A stretch of 64,000 nucleotides of DNA from positions 186,001-250,000 of the forward strand of contig NW_027117351.1 in assembly GCF_038025025.1 (NCBI RefSeq), given 5' to 3'. A program made the translations under genes and the position numbers. The notes beneath the pieces are model-generated. The model made no database searches. It was not told the origin of the DNA and was given only the letters and a program-made list of their open reading frames with translations. This document shows positions 10,198 through 22,913 of the stretch, piece after piece; the first letter of the stretch is position 1; the number at the start of each line of letters is the position of its first letter. This stretch comes from Phyllosticta citribraziliensis. Its lineage: Eukaryota.

Positions 10198-13077
10198 ATG
10201 TCGCGAAAAAAGAAGAAAACGCCTGCGGCAACACCATCGCAAGCGCAGTATCAACCAGCAAGTCCAAGCGCAATAAGACTGCTCACGCCGCTCAGCAAGG
10301 GCCAGAAGTTCCACAGCCCGCGGCTGGCGCGCTTCGGCCGCGCGCTGTGGCGCGGCGGCGCGCGGTTCACGCGGACGTTTCTCTCCGTGGCTGGGCTACT
10401 GTTGCGGGATTCGACGCGTGCGTCGCTGCGGCTGGCGAGGGGCGCGCCCGAGTGGTTGAGGGTGCGGTGGGCGCAGGGGAGGGCGGTGGCGGGGACGGGG
10501 GCGCCGCCGGGAGGCTCGTCGTCGTCATCAGCAAATTCTTCCTCTTCGTCACCGTCTCCGTCTTCGTCTTCGCCATCGTCGTCGCTGCCAAAAGACGCGT
10601 GGGACGTGTCGAACGGCGGATGGATGATGCAGCAGTTCAAGGCGGTCGAGGAACTGCAGCGCACGGCGAGGCAGCTTGTCGAGCAGAGGGTCAGGAAGAG
10701 TGATATCCAGTTTGATCACCATGTGCAGCGGACGGAGGGGGACGTGTCGGTTAGTATACGCAGTACGTCGTCGATCCGGATTGAATGCGCGGGCGAGAGC
10801 AGCCCGCGCGATGGTGGGAAGGAGGATGGTGGGTCGTCTGGCCGGATTGAAGAGGGCAGCCCACGAGATGGTGGGAGCTTGGGCGGTGGTCCGTCTGAAC
10901 GCATCGAGTCGACCGGCGAGCGTAGGGCTGCGAGCTCACCAAAGGCTGAGAAGGTAGACGACAGTCCATCTACCCGGATATACACCGCCGAGAAGCGAAG
11001 TGCTGCAAGCCCACGACAAGCTGACAAGGCGGACGACGTTGCGCCTGCCATGACCAAATCGAGCAGCGAGCCCAGCTCCGCAATGCCACGAGTTGACGAC
11101 AAGTCAAACAACAGGCTGATTATCCGACGGTACAAGAGCAAGATCAGCCCGCGAGACAACACAGCAGAAGACCAAGTCTTGGCTCACATGGACCTGGTGA
11201 TGCAGAGAATGCCCCTTCCCGCCCAAGCCACTGTGACGGAAAGGAGGGGGAAGGACCACAACAAGTTCCGCAGTGCGTTGCGATCCGACGTGCTCCGGAA
11301 GTACGGGGCAATTAACCGCAAGAAAGCAAAGGTTTGGTGCTGCATTCGGCGCGAATGGATGCAGCCGTTCCGGGTCCGCACCGCGCACATTTGCCCCGTC
11401 AACCTCGGCGAGGCGTACCTGCAATACGTCTTTGGCCACGAAGGGCCGCATCTCTGGAACGCCGAAAACGCCATCCCCATCTCGTGCGAGCTGGAAGAGG
11501 CCCTGGACGCCGGCCAGCTCGTCATCGTGCCGGCAGAGGCCGAGGAGGCCGGCGATTCCGACGACCTCTTCACGTGGGACGCCCCCGGCCCCTCGGTTCC
11601 GCAGACCAACCGCTTCAAGGTTGTCGTCTTCGACGACGCCGTCCAGACGAGAGATGGCAAGTTCAAGGCCCACGACTTGCACGGCCGCCTCCTCGGCTTC
11701 CCGGACCCCCGCTTCCGCCCCGGCATGCGCTACATCTGCTTCAACGTCGTCACCACGCTCGCACGGCGCATGCGATACCAGGTCAGGGGGTCGCACAACG
11801 ACCTCGAGAGGCTCGGCGACTCGCGCTTCTTGCTGGCGCCGGGCAAGTTCGTCCGCGACTCTTGGCTTTTGAAGATGTGTGCGCTGATTGGTATTGACAT
11901 CGGCCCCAAGCCCGCCTCGAAGCCTGACGTTGCTCTCGACGTTGCCAGCAAGAAGCCCATGTCTGACTTGAAGCCTGACGTTGCTCTCACTGCTCCCAAT
12001 GCCCCTCGCCTTGGCCTCATTATGGGCCAGGGCACGACTGCTCCCGCGGCGACCTCTGAGGCCCTTCCCGCGGCTACGACGTCCGACTCAAAGCCTGACC
12101 TTCCTCTCAACATCACTGCTGAGAACGACACGCCCCTCCACCTCGACGGGAGCGACATGTCTAGCTCGACGCTTGAAATTGCCCCTGACGGTGAGGAGAC
12201 CAAGTCCGACCCGAAGCCTTTCTTTGCTCTCAACATCGACGAGAACGACCCGACAAACCCGGAGCCTGACTTTGCTCTCCACCTCGAAGGGAGCGACATG
12301 TCCGACTTGCCGGACCTGGACATCAACGAGAAAAAGGACACGTCTGACTTTTCTCTCGAGAGGGACGGCAGCGACATGTCTGACTTGCCTGAAAATGCTC
12401 TGGACATCAATGAGGAGAAGGACAAGTCTGCCTCAGAGCCAGACTTTTCTCTCCACCTCGAAGGGAGCGACATGTCCGAGTCGACACTTGATATTGCTCA
12501 CGAAGCCGACGCTGAAAACAACAAGTCCGACTCAGAGCCTGAACTTTCTCTCGAGAGGGACGGCAGCGACATGTCCGAGTCGACGCTTGACATGGCTCCT
12601 GAAGCCGACGCTGAAAACAAGTCCGACCCGAATCCTGAAGAGATGGACGGTAGCGACATGACCGACTTCATGCTTGGAATGGCTCCCAACGCTGAAAACA
12701 ACAAGCCCAACCTGAAGCCTGACTTGGCTCTCAACCACGACGGTAGCGACGCGTCCGACTCGACACTTGACACTGCTCCTGACACCGACGCTGAGAGCAA
12801 CAAGTCCAAATCGGCGACCGACACTGCTCCCGACACCGACGCTGAACTCAAAAAGCCCAACTCGAAGAGCGACAACAACGCAGAGCCAAGCTTCATGGAG
12901 CTTTTCGGCCCGTACGATACCCAGAAGAGCAGCTGGCGCATTCGCCCCGGTAAAGTTCGTCGAAGGAGGCTGCGACGGTCGGCTCCTTCGATGTCGTCTG
13001 GCATCCGACAACGGCTGCCTCCGACGCCGCCTAGCCTCCTAAGACCGTACACGGATCTGACTCCTGTACGGACATGA
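10198..13077 (+). CDS. HNH-endonuclease-like (HNH_2-type) domain protein with acidic C-terminal tandem repeats; start codon uncertain
   Basis: 959-aa ORF. The central segment 'VWCCIRREW...TAHICP...LWNAENAIPISCELEEALDAGQLVIVP' matches the fungal HNH_2 pattern (C-x-I...AHI-x-P...N-x-x-x-L...D-x-G...IVP). The C-terminal third is repeats. Confidence 0.65.
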   Translation: MSRKKKKTPAATPSQAQYQPASPSAIRLLTPLSKGQKFHSPRLARFGRALWRGGARFTRTFLSVAGLLLRDSTRASLRLARGAPEWLRVRWAQGRAVAGTGAPPGGSSSSSANSSSSSPSPSSSSPSSSLPKDAWDVSNGGWMMQQFKAVEELQRTARQLVEQRVRKSDIQFDHHVQRTEGDVSVSIRSTSSIRIECAGESSPRDGGKEDGGSSGRIEEGSPRDGGSLGGGPSERIESTGERRAASSPKAEKVDDSPSTRIYTAEKRSAASPRQADKADDVAPAMTKSSSEPSSAMPRVDDKSNNRLIIRRYKSKISPRDNTAEDQVLAHMDLVMQRMPLPAQATVTERRGKDHNKFRSALRSDVLRKYGAINRKKAKVWCCIRREWMQPFRVRTAHICPVNLGEAYLQYVFGHEGPHLWNAENAIPISCELEEALDAGQLVIVPAEAEEAGDSDDLFTWDAPGPSVPQTNRFKVVVFDDAVQTRDGKFKAHDLHGRLLGFPDPRFRPGMRYICFNVVTTLARRMRYQVRGSHNDLERLGDSRFLLAPGKFVRDSWLLKMCALIGIDIGPKPASKPDVALDVASKKPMSDLKPDVALTAPNAPRLGLIMGQGTTAPAATSEALPAATTSDSKPDLPLNITAENDTPLHLDGSDMSSSTLEIAPDGEETKSDPKPFFALNIDENDPTNPEPDFALHLEGSDMSDLPDLDINEKKDTSDFSLERDGSDMSDLPENALDINEEKDKSASEPDFSLHLEGSDMSESTLDIAHEADAENNKSDSEPELSLERDGSDMSESTLDMAPEADAENKSDPNPEEMDGSDMTDFMLGMAPNAENNKPNLKPDLALNHDGSDASDSTLDTAPDTDAESNKSKSATDTAPDTDAELKKPNSKSDNNAEPSFMELFGPYDTQKSSWRIRPGKVRRRRLRRSAPSMSSGIRQRLPPTPPSLLRPYTDLTPVRT
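11920..12880 (+). repeat. Coding tandem repeat: 7 copies of a (D/E)GSD(M/A)(S/T) core with KPD/EPD-x-(A/S)L linkers
   Basis: GACGG/GAAGG-x-AGCGACATG recurs at about 12145, 12286, 12364, 12460, 12559, 12646 and (variant) 12739. Confidence 0.9.
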
Positions 13078-13930
13078 TACTTTTAGCGCTTTGGACCAGG
13101 GAGTCGTCTTTTCCCGTCTCATTTTGCACGCACTCTGGGAGCGTTCATATCCTCGCACATGTGTGCCGTGGCATCAGCAGCCGCTGAAGGTTTCCAGCCC
13201 CAAAACACAGTCCTCCCGAATGGGTATGTACACATGGATGTATTAGTTTCATAAGAATTTGAGCGGGAGCGAAAAGAAAATCGGCATGTATAAAATTAGT
13301 GTAGCGCAAGCATCATCATACCCCTAGAATTCTACTCTCTACTTCTGCACTGTCTGTCCATGCCACCATTATACACATGAAGGGAATTTGCGAGATTTCA
13401 TTTCGAGGGTGCTGTTCGCGCGTCACTTTCACGGTACACTGACGACATGTTGACTCAACACCCGCTCCAAACTTTCAGCATCACATTACCAGAATTCTGC
13501 TGGTCAGAGGTACCATGGTTGAGCATGTGCGGTGATGCTTTACCCCAACGCACAGTCCAAAGCGCAATTCAGATTCGTCTACCATCAAATTAATCATCAC
13601 AGCTCAACAACGCTATGCCAAATGATCCAGCGACGCTCCATGCAAACCAACCGCGCAGTCCAGTCCAAAGCGAAATGTGATTTCATCGACCATCACAGCT
13701 CAACAATGCTATGCTGAGTGATCTCGACGCCGCCGCTGCATTATAACTTGCCGCGACCCTCTCGCTTTGGAGCTTTGTTCTCCCAGCCCTTCATCTTCTC
13801 ACTCTGACGCGCTTCCAGCCTCTGGCTTCACATACAGAACGTCAACCAACACAACACACCAGCGCCTGATATCCTCAACCTCTCTCTCTCCTATACAGCA
13901 GAGACCCAACCTCTCTCGACAACACCCGCC

Positions 13931-14389
13931 ATGGACGCATTTCTCGAATCGCTCCTCATCAACGCCGTCAGGGGTGCGCTGCAAAATATGCACGACGCCG
14001 AGAACGGCGAATACGTCGACGACAGCTCCTCCAGCGGCTCAGAGTCGGGCGAAAGTAGCGACAACGACAACGACGACGACGAGGGGGCCAACGACCACGA
14101 CGCCGACACTTCGAGCACTGCCTCCTGCCCTCCCGCCCCACGGAGTCCATCACCCACGCCATCGATAAACTCGGTCCCAGGGCTAACAGACGGCTCCTCA
14201 GCGGCCTCGCCCGCCTCGCTCTCCCCGCCGTCCCCTGGCCCCGCTTCCCCCTCCTCCTCCACCGTCAATGCTGAAATCGACGCCATCGAGGCTTCCTACG
14301 AGGTGGACTGCGGGATTTGCACGTATTTTAGCTATGCTTATAGCATTGACTATGAGGCGCTGTTTGCGTATTTTCATGGGGAGGTGTAA
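13931..14389 (+). CDS. Small acidic/Ser-Pro-rich hypothetical protein (152 aa)
   Basis: ATG in good context (CCGCCATGG), TATA-like TTATAA at 13741, C/G-ending codon bias; no recognisable domain. Confidence 0.5.
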   Translation: MDAFLESLLINAVRGALQNMHDAENGEYVDDSSSSGSESGESSDNDNDDDEGANDHDADTSSTASCPPAPRSPSPTPSINSVPGLTDGSSAASPASLSPPSPGPASPSSSTVNAEIDAIEASYEVDCGICTYFSYAYSIDYEALFAYFHGEV

Positions 14390-14791
14390 GGTGAGGGCCA
14401 GGATGGCTGGCCAGTGGTGCTGCTTCACTTCACTTCGCATTGTTTGTGTTTCTGTCCTTGTATTTCTGCTGCCAAAGGTGTCCATTGGCTTTGTCTTTGT
14501 ACTCGCAAACCTCCAGCTTTGCGGTTGTTCGACGGTTTTCTTCGAGCTTTTCGATATTTTTTTGGATGGACGGGTACCGTTGGCTGGCAAAGGTGGCGCT
14601 TTTGTTGGGTCTCAGGGGTGCAGGTTGAGGTCTGCGGGAGGGTTTGGTTGATGTGAGTTTTTTTTTTCTACGAGGAGGGATTGAATCTTACAGTGTTAGT
14701 GACAAAAGACACTTGCATGAAGTCAAAAAGGGCTCTTTGTGCGGTGAATGGAGACGTATTTTGCAGCAAATACAGCTTTGATGCCGAGCTT

Positions 14792-15786
14792 CTAGAATGC
14801 GCGAGACTGGAAGCGCGCTTTGAGGTCGTCGGCAAGGACCAAGCCGTTGTCGCGCTGCAGCACCTGGCTGGGAAGAAGTTAGCAACGACCTCAAACACCA
14901 CACTGTCATTATGGGAGCTCAAGTAGGCTTACAAGATGCTTTTGGCCCTGCTGGCAACGTGGCGCTCCTCCCACTCAGCAAACGCATTGACAGTCTTCTC
15001 TTCCAGCTTGTTAACGGTCGACAGCGCCGCCAAGAGGTCCTCGCAACGCGCCATGCCCTCCAGGTTGCTGGTAGAATCGCCAACATCGCCGATTCCGAGC
15101 GTGATGGCGCGGATGATTTCGTACTGTGTCATCGCCATCTCCGGTGGGTACGGTGGAAGTGCGTTGAGGCAGTCGACCAGCAGCTTAGTGGCCAGAGCAG
15201 CACTCTTGCGACGCTGGGCGGTGGGCACGCTGTCATCGACGGCGGCGCTTCCGCTGGCGTTGGCGACGTCGTCGAGCGGGTCTGACGGCAGGACGAGCTG
15301 CTCGCCATCTTCGCCGGTGAGCGAGAAGCGCACCTTCTTGCGCGCCGGAGCCTGACGGGGAGGCTCCTCCAACGGCGACTCAGCGCGGCGCTTGCCCTGT
15401 GCCTTTCCCGACGCAGCCTTCATTTCCTCAACAGCGTTCTCAAGGTCACCAATCAGGACCTCCCTCACGAAGCGAACGCGGTCGCTGAGGCTCGCGTCGT
15501 CGCGCCTGCGCTCCACGTGCTTAAGCAGCACCGTCTTGGCCTGCTCCAGACTCGGCGCATGCCGCATGAGCTTGCCGAGCAGAATCAGGAACGCGGCCGA
15601 ATACGTCTCCAGCGGCAGGATGGGCGCATCGGGCTCGTCGACGCGGATTTTGTTTGCTTTGTTGCGGCCTTGCGGCACCTGACGTGGCTGGACACTTGCG
15701 TCCAGAATGCTGTCGACGCCAATGTGCTGCAGCTTTTCGAGCGCGCGGGCGGCCGACTTGTCGAGACTCGAAGTCTGGGCTGCCAT
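14792..15786 (-). CDS. Hypothetical protein (~309 aa) with basic NLS-like segments
   Basis: ORF 14929-15786 is extended by an in-frame intron 14868-14932 (GTAAGC...GCTAAC...CCCAG on the minus strand) to a last exon ending ...DDLKARFQSRAF-TAG at 14792. Contains GKRRAE and RKKVRF. Confidence 0.65.
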
Positions 15787-18116
15787 TGTGGCAACGGGAG
15801 CGCTGTAGCCTGTGGATTTGCTTAAGGATAGAGGTCAGAGGCGTGCGAGGCCGAGGTGCGGAACCGCGAAAGAGAGAAAGGCGGGAGGACTAACAAGTGT
15901 AACCGGGAACGAAAGGGCTCAGATTTGGCAATGTAATGGTGGGATGGGGGAGTGGAAGCCGCGCGCAGACAAAAGGTAGCTTTTACGACGAGTGGTTGTG
16001 GTGTCGATTCAGCGACAGCAGTCGGCCAACGACAACATTGCGTCTGCTGTCGCCTGCGGGCGCTGCGGGCGGTACCTCAAGCTAAACGCTTCAACAAAGC
16101 CAAAATATCACTATATGTTGTGCAAATTTGGCCACCTCTCCAAGAGAACTTAGGGGATACAAGGGGATCGGGCCTTTGGTGCAATGGTGGCTGTGGTTCC
16201 TGTGAATCACATTGTGGTGGTAAACGCCTGGTAGTTCACTCGAACAGGAAAACAATGCATCGGTTCGATTCTCGCCGTTCTCTTTTGCCTTTCTTTTTTG
16301 CTTTATTCGTTTTGGGTCATCTCAGCATTCAGAGCGTGGAAGTGGTGGTGGCAAGATGAAGGTGCGCGCAGTGCCGCTGCTGGAATCACCCCTTGTGTAG
16401 CCTATCTTCCTTTTTGTCGCTTCGTCGACATTCGGAAAGCAGCTCTCTGACCATTCAAGAGATGCAGGTCTCGGACGGGCTGAATCAAACACGGACCGTG
16501 AATATAAGCTGTGGTGAATAAACCCGCAAAGTGTCAGTCACAACCAGCCCACGCACCGACGCCCGCAGAAGGAGTTTTACTAACCTCAAGTAGACAGAAT
16601 AACACCACTGACGCAGAGGCATTTCCTTCAAAGAAAGCCTCGCAACACGACCACCAACGGCTCCCACGCGCACCAACAAAGCCAGCACTCTGGCCGCTAC
16701 GTCTCTCTCCGTTGATGTCCGGGTCTAATGCGCTTGTATTGCTGACAGTTCCTCCGGCTCAACGCATCATGATGGGTTTCTTGGCCTGTTGTCCTTACTG
16801 CATGCTACTACTGCTACTGTTGCCGCTACTGAGATGTGACCTACTAGCATGGTGCCGCGCAAGCTCGAGCGTGACGGCACGCTGATAATGTGAGCGCTCT
16901 GGAAGCATTCGTTCGCCACTACAATCGCGCTTGGGGAGCACGTCACAACCATCACTGCATGCACTTGTCAATCTGATACGACCAGACAGACATGTAGAAT
17001 CAAGACGAGGCATGTACAGTAGACACGCACGAAGCACAGCAGCAAGTCACCACACATACCAGAAAGAGCATCATCACATTACACCATCAAATCAAGACAG
17101 ACACGAAACGATCCAAGAGGAGTAAAGGGTAAAAGAGAATTATCGACTCAGTGGAGGAAAGAGGAAAGAAGAAAGAGAAGAGGAAGGACTACCAGCTACT
17201 GCTATCACTACTACCCTAAACAATCCACCAACGCCTTTAGTAAACTGATCTGACTGACTGCCCATCATGACGCAAGAGAGAATCGCATCGACTGCAAGAC
17301 ATGTGACATGATGCCTTCTTTCGTTTGTTTGTTTGTTTGTTTGTTTGGTTCGTTCGTTGGCTCATTCGTTGGCTCATCTCGTCCCGTCGTCATTGTCCGT
17401 CGTTCATCCATCGCGCGCACACGCGCACGTACGTCGCTCGATCGCTCGCTCGGGGGGTTGGGCAAGGAAAAGAAAAGCAAAGGAGAGGAGGGAAGCAAAA
17501 GGGAAAAGGGAAAATGGGAAAGAAAAAGGAAAAGCAACCAAGAAGGAAAATAAGCCAAGACAACCACATGTACACAAAATCAACACACCATGCGACGGGA
17601 CACCAGCAACCGAGCAGCCGCGCCGCTCCAGCCGCTGGCCCGCTCGCTTTTTACCACTACCACCCGTATCGACTCGACATTTTGTGAAGGAAGCGTTTGT
17701 ATGCCGAAGCTGCCTGTCCGTCACGCCCGCTCTTAGTTGTGATGCTGCTGCGCGCCTTCTCGTACGCGAAGGAGAGGCCGGAGAGGTAGATGTGACGGAA
17801 AGGACCGAGCAGAACCAAGTAAGAACGATCGTTTGAACAGAGGAAAGGGTTTGGGCGATGACCCATTCAGAGACAAGAACCGAAAAGTTGTCGGAAGACT
17901 GTGACGTGGCGCCAGGCCGGTGGCGGTGGACAGACCGATGAATATGGACGAAGGGAAAGTAAGGCGCGGCGATCCAGGCGGCCGTGATAGATCCGACAGC
18001 AGCAGCGGCAGCAAACGATGCAAATGCACACCAACCGATCCAGGAAAACATATGCAGGACAAGGAGGGTGGGTATCTTTCTTGACATCCAATCGCAGACT
18101 CAAAGAGACGAGAGAC

Positions 18117-21100
18117 TTAGAATATCATGCTCTTGATGTTGCCGCGCCGGCGCTCGCCCATCTTACCCAGGTACCTAGCAGCAGCACTGCCACCGCTGCC
18201 CTTCTGAACAGCGACCGAGGGAGCCGCGGGGCCGGGGTTGAGTTCGCTGATGGGCCGACGCTTGTCGGGACTGGCGCCCACAGGAGCAGTACGGTTGTAT
18301 GTCGCTGGCGGCGAACGCACGGGGCTGGGATGGTGCTGGGCCCTTGCATGTTGCTGCTGACCAGGCTCAAAGGTGGACTGTGGACGCGCGCGAGCCTGCT
18401 GCTGAATGCTGTTGGGCTCGTTGAATGGCTGGCTGTTTGTCTGGCCGTTAGCCTGGGCAGCTGCTGCGGCCTTTGCAGCTGCACGCTCAGCCTTTTCCTT
18501 TTGGAATACGAGTTCAGTCCAAGGCTTGCAGGCGCCGAGTGAACCGTTGATGGTCTCGCTGAGAACCTTCATCCAGCCCTCTTTGTCTTGAGGGTTGTCG
18601 GCGTAAAAGTCAATGGTCTCGCCGTTGCGGAAGCGGATACGGAAGCCCTCTTCCACGAACGCGTATCCTTCGTCCTCTTCGGCGAAGCCAGACTTGCGTC
18701 TGCAGCCGGCTTCCTTTTGCTTCAGAGTGGAGTGGTCATCAATCAGCTTGGCTGCCTTTGCCAGATTGATGGTGGCGCGCGGCTGCCGGGTCGTCTCGTG
18801 GAAGGCGGTCAACTTGTTACCTGCGAGACGGAAGAAGCGACGGCGCCAGTACTGAGTGCTTGTCAGCTAATGATGCCTTTTGGATTGCAATGGATACTCA
18901 CCGGACAATCACCCCCTTGCTGGCTCAAGTGGCCTTCGTAGATGCGGCTCTTGAGCTCTTCGGCTTCCTTGATCTCTCGAATGCACGAATTCATGCTCTT
19001 CGGCATGTCTTCGTCCTTGGCATTCTTGGGCTTGGGAACATACAGAAGTTGAAGAGTCAACTTGCCGACCTTGTAGGGCGGGCGACGGACCACGCCACCA
19101 CGCTTGCTTTTGACGCTGCTGGTAATGCTTGGGTCTTCCTCGATGGCCCACTCGTTGAAACAGGGAACATCAACTTCGAACTGGCGGCCGTAAGACTGCC
19201 TCTCGTAGTTTTTGAGGCAGACGTATGCCCGGGCAAAAGAGCCATCAGGGCCTACCAAATCGTGCAGCAAGTCCCAAGCCGTGGGGATGGTGTTGGCCCG
19301 CTTCGCCGCTTCACGCTCTTGCTGTGCCTTCAACGCCGCAACACGCTCGACTTCCTCCTGCTGCTTGCGCTCGGCTTCCTTGCGCTTCTTGGGCGATTGA
19401 AGCAGGCGACCAAACGCAGAGTTGGACTTCTTGTGACCTGACGGCTTTGGGGCGGGGGCTGTCGGTGGAGAGACCTTTGGCTTCGGCGGAGCCTGCAGCT
19501 TGGTCTGAAGCGTGAGTTGAAACTCGAGATCGTTCAAGACGACCAACTCAAACTCTTGACCAATGGCCGCATCCCGAGCAAGGTCAAGCCAGGCCGTGGT
19601 CACACAGTGGAGACCATTGTCAAGAGTCAATTGAAAACACGTCTTTTCGTCTGCAAACTTGGTCAGTACATCGGGGCGGCAATAAACTTCGATCGACTCA
19701 CTTCTGGGAAGAGGCATTTCCAGATCCTTGACGCCGACGACCTTGACAAACAGTCGACCCTTCTCCATGTTCTCCTCGCTTTCATCGATCATGGACATGT
19801 CGCCAGAGTTGACGGCACTTTCCTGGCCAGGCAGTGGAGGCATGGGACCAGCGGCACTCTTCGGTCTGCCGTCACCGATCGAGGCTGTGGAGGGGTTTCG
19901 AACACTGCGACGTCTAGTCTTGCCGATCCAAGGCTCAGTCGTCCAGGTGTTGCTGCGCTCGCGAGTGGATTTGCGGGGGGTACTTGCGCTGGGCCTCGAC
20001 CCTGGTGGCGCAAGCAGGCCGCGCTCGGTAGTAGGCGCTGCGGATGTCGTGGATGCGTTGGCAGAATTGTCAGAAGAACCTTCATCGCTGAACTTGCGGC
20101 TGCTGGCGTAGACGATCTTTGTGTTTTGGCGCATGAGGTACCCCTTCTGTTTGCGATTATTAGCCATCTCCTATCGGGACTGGAAAGAGCATGCGTTACT
20201 TTTTGAGATTCGACGACGCGGTCAAACTCGCGGTCGAGGTCAAAGCTCAAATCCTCACCAATGTCGCCCATTGGAAAATCCAACTTCATCTTGAACGACT
20301 GACGGCGCTTTGGCTCGCCGCCTTCGCTCTTCGTCTCCCAGTCGGAGCCATGAGAACCTTCCGAACCCATCTCAGAAGAACGCTCCTCAGACACGTGGGA
20401 CAATTGAGAAGGCTCTTCAATCTCTGCCGTCAACGAGAGACGCCCGGTGTGCTTCTCTGGAATGGGTGGTGGCCGTTCCCCACTCACTTGCCGGCGAGTC
20501 GCAGCCATCGTGGTAAAGTCACTCGGAGTCGAAGAAGTGCGCGTCTTCAGAGTGCCACCGGGAGCCTTGATGGTGGCTACCGGCTCGTCGACTTCGGAGT
20601 CCTCACGATCCTGCGGTTGTATCGGGTGTCGGATGACGGACTCGGGAGTTCCGGGGTCGTCGCTCTCTGTGGTCATGGTAATGTCATCGTCGGTCTGCTC
20701 TGGCGGGGTGACGGGACGCTGGAGAAAGTCCTCGTCTGGATCAAGTCTAGGAGCAGCTTCGATGGCGGCATCGGGTGGAGGGGATCGCGACTTTCCAAGA
20801 TAAGACTGGAGTTGGAGGTGGAAGTCCTCCACATTTTCGAATGATCCAAAGTCCGGTAAGCCGTCCACCTTGCTGTAAGTGCTCTTTGGCACCAACTCGC
20901 CCGCTTCGGTGGCTGCGACACTGTCTGCCTTGGGTGTGGGAGGGCCGTCATCTTCATCGGTGCTGTTCAGTTGGCTCGGCTTCTCCTCAACATCATCCGA
21001 GGAGTAGTGGCTGCCATCGTCGGAATCAGCATCGTTGCCGCTAATGTCGTGGTGAATGACGGATCCTTCGCGCTCCGAGCTTCCGCGGCCTGGCGAACTT

Positions 21101-22913
21101 CCTGGGGTGTGAAACTCTGGAATCGAGTTGAGATCAAATCCACTCTCTCCGTCTTCGAGCTTGACAGCAGTGAGTGGAAGATCAGGAACGTCCACGTCGA
21201 AGTTGGAAGAAACTTCGCGCGATTGGAGTGGAACGTCGGGGTCGTGTTCATAGTCGGCAACGTCTCCGTAGTTGCGCTCGGACATCATGGAAGCCTGCTC
21301 CGTGTAGTTGTAGTCATCGTAGTCACCGCTCTTGACTCTTTCCATTATAGCCTCTCGGGAGATGGGAGGAATGTTGAAAGACTCAAGAGCAGAGTTATCA
21401 GGCTGTCCTTTGTCGTCATTCTCTTGCAAATCAATGGCTGCCTCCAAGGCCTTGGTTGGAGTTCCTTCGCGGGAGTCCTTGATTCCCATGAGGTCCAGGC
21501 GATCTTCCAGAGTCATAGAGGCCCTGCCAATGCTGAGAATGTCCGCCTTGGAAAAATTAGCCGCAACGCGGGGAGGAGAGGGGAGGGTCCGATGAGCGTT
21601 ACTCACGCGCTCGGCAGCAGCTGCGATGCCGTCGTTCGACTCTCTCCTTCCGCGAGGCGTGTCAGGAGGTGAGTTTTGGAACTGCGGCAGTGGAGGCAAA
21701 GGTCGCTGCTCTCCGTCAGAGCTGTGAGAACGCTCCCGCGCAGACTCGAGCGGGTCGCCGTCGGCGAAATCAGCCGCGCCAGCATCAGAGTCCTTGCCCG
21801 TGAACGGATCCTCAAAGGTATCGGCAAGGTCGTGATTGGCAGCCTCGGGGCTCATGTGGCGCCAGTCCTCGGGCAAGACGACTGGGGTCTTGTCAGTGTC
21901 CTCGAGAGAAGCATCAAAGCTATCGTCCCTGTCCATGGAATCGCCTTCGAACTCGTAGTCTTCTTCATCTTCCTCCTCTCCGGACTCGTAGCTCCCCTCG
22001 CGCGAGGCCAGCGAGGGCTCTGGGGTGACCATTTCGTATTCGTTGATCACTGGTGGCTTTGCCTCAAAGGTAACGCTCTTTGCATGACGGCGCAGAGGTC
22101 GCGCAGGACCATCGCCAACGTATTCGTCGTCCGAGGAAAGCACGCTAGAGTCATTGTCGCAGCCTTGGCTGAAGCGACCATTGCGCGAGAGGGAGGATCG
22201 CAGAGGCGAAGTGCTCGGCTTGGGTGGAGAGTTGGTCACGTATCCGCCGTTGATTTTCGAAGCCGAAGAGGGAATCTTGGGTTCGCTTTCGCCACGGTGG
22301 TGCGTCTTCAAGTTCTCGCGGTTGCGAATCGGGTCAAATCCGCGCGGGACATAACCCTGCGCGCTGAGCGGTCGGTTTGCTGCCAGCGGGCGCTCGACAA
22401 CAGGGAGCTTGGTAGGATCATAGTGATCTCTTGTCTCGCGCGCAAACATGGTGCTGTTCTTGACACGCGACGCCTTCATGAGATTCTCAATCGAATTGCG
22501 CTTGGGCGACAGCGTCTGTGTGCCGTCGAACGAGTTTTCGGAATCCTGCAGGCTGGGGGAATTGGGATCGCGAGACTGCCAGAAGCGATGCTTGTTGGAG
22601 GCCCCAAAAGGCGAGGTGTCGAGCGGGGACGTATCGCGGGCGCCCACAGGCTTCTGGGCAAATGTTAGTCGCACGAGCAGCACAGGAATGCGGCGAAACG
22701 GACCTTGGTCAGTTGATTGTAGCTGGGAGAGTTTCTGCGACGCTCCATGGGGCTGAGCTCGCGCAGCGGACCGGGGCTGTTGGCCATCTTCTTGGGTGTG
22801 TTTTTGCTCGGACGTAGAGGCTCAACCTGAAGGGCGTCGTCGCAGTCAGTGGGATGCGTGATGACGAGAGGGAGCAAGGCTAGGCGAGGAAAACATACTG
22901 CCTCAGTGGGCAT
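18117..22913 (-). CDS. BUD4: Anillin-related septin-associated polarity protein Bud4/Int1 (anillin-homology plus C-terminal PH domain)
   Basis: Multi-exon (about 5 introns; first exon MPTEA then GTATGT intron). Motifs: 'GRLFVKVVGVKDL', 'TLDNGLHCVTT', 'IGQEFELVVLNDLEFQLTLQ', 'EGHLSQQGGDCP', PH domain 'FVEEGFRIRFRNGETIDFYAD'. Confidence 0.92.
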
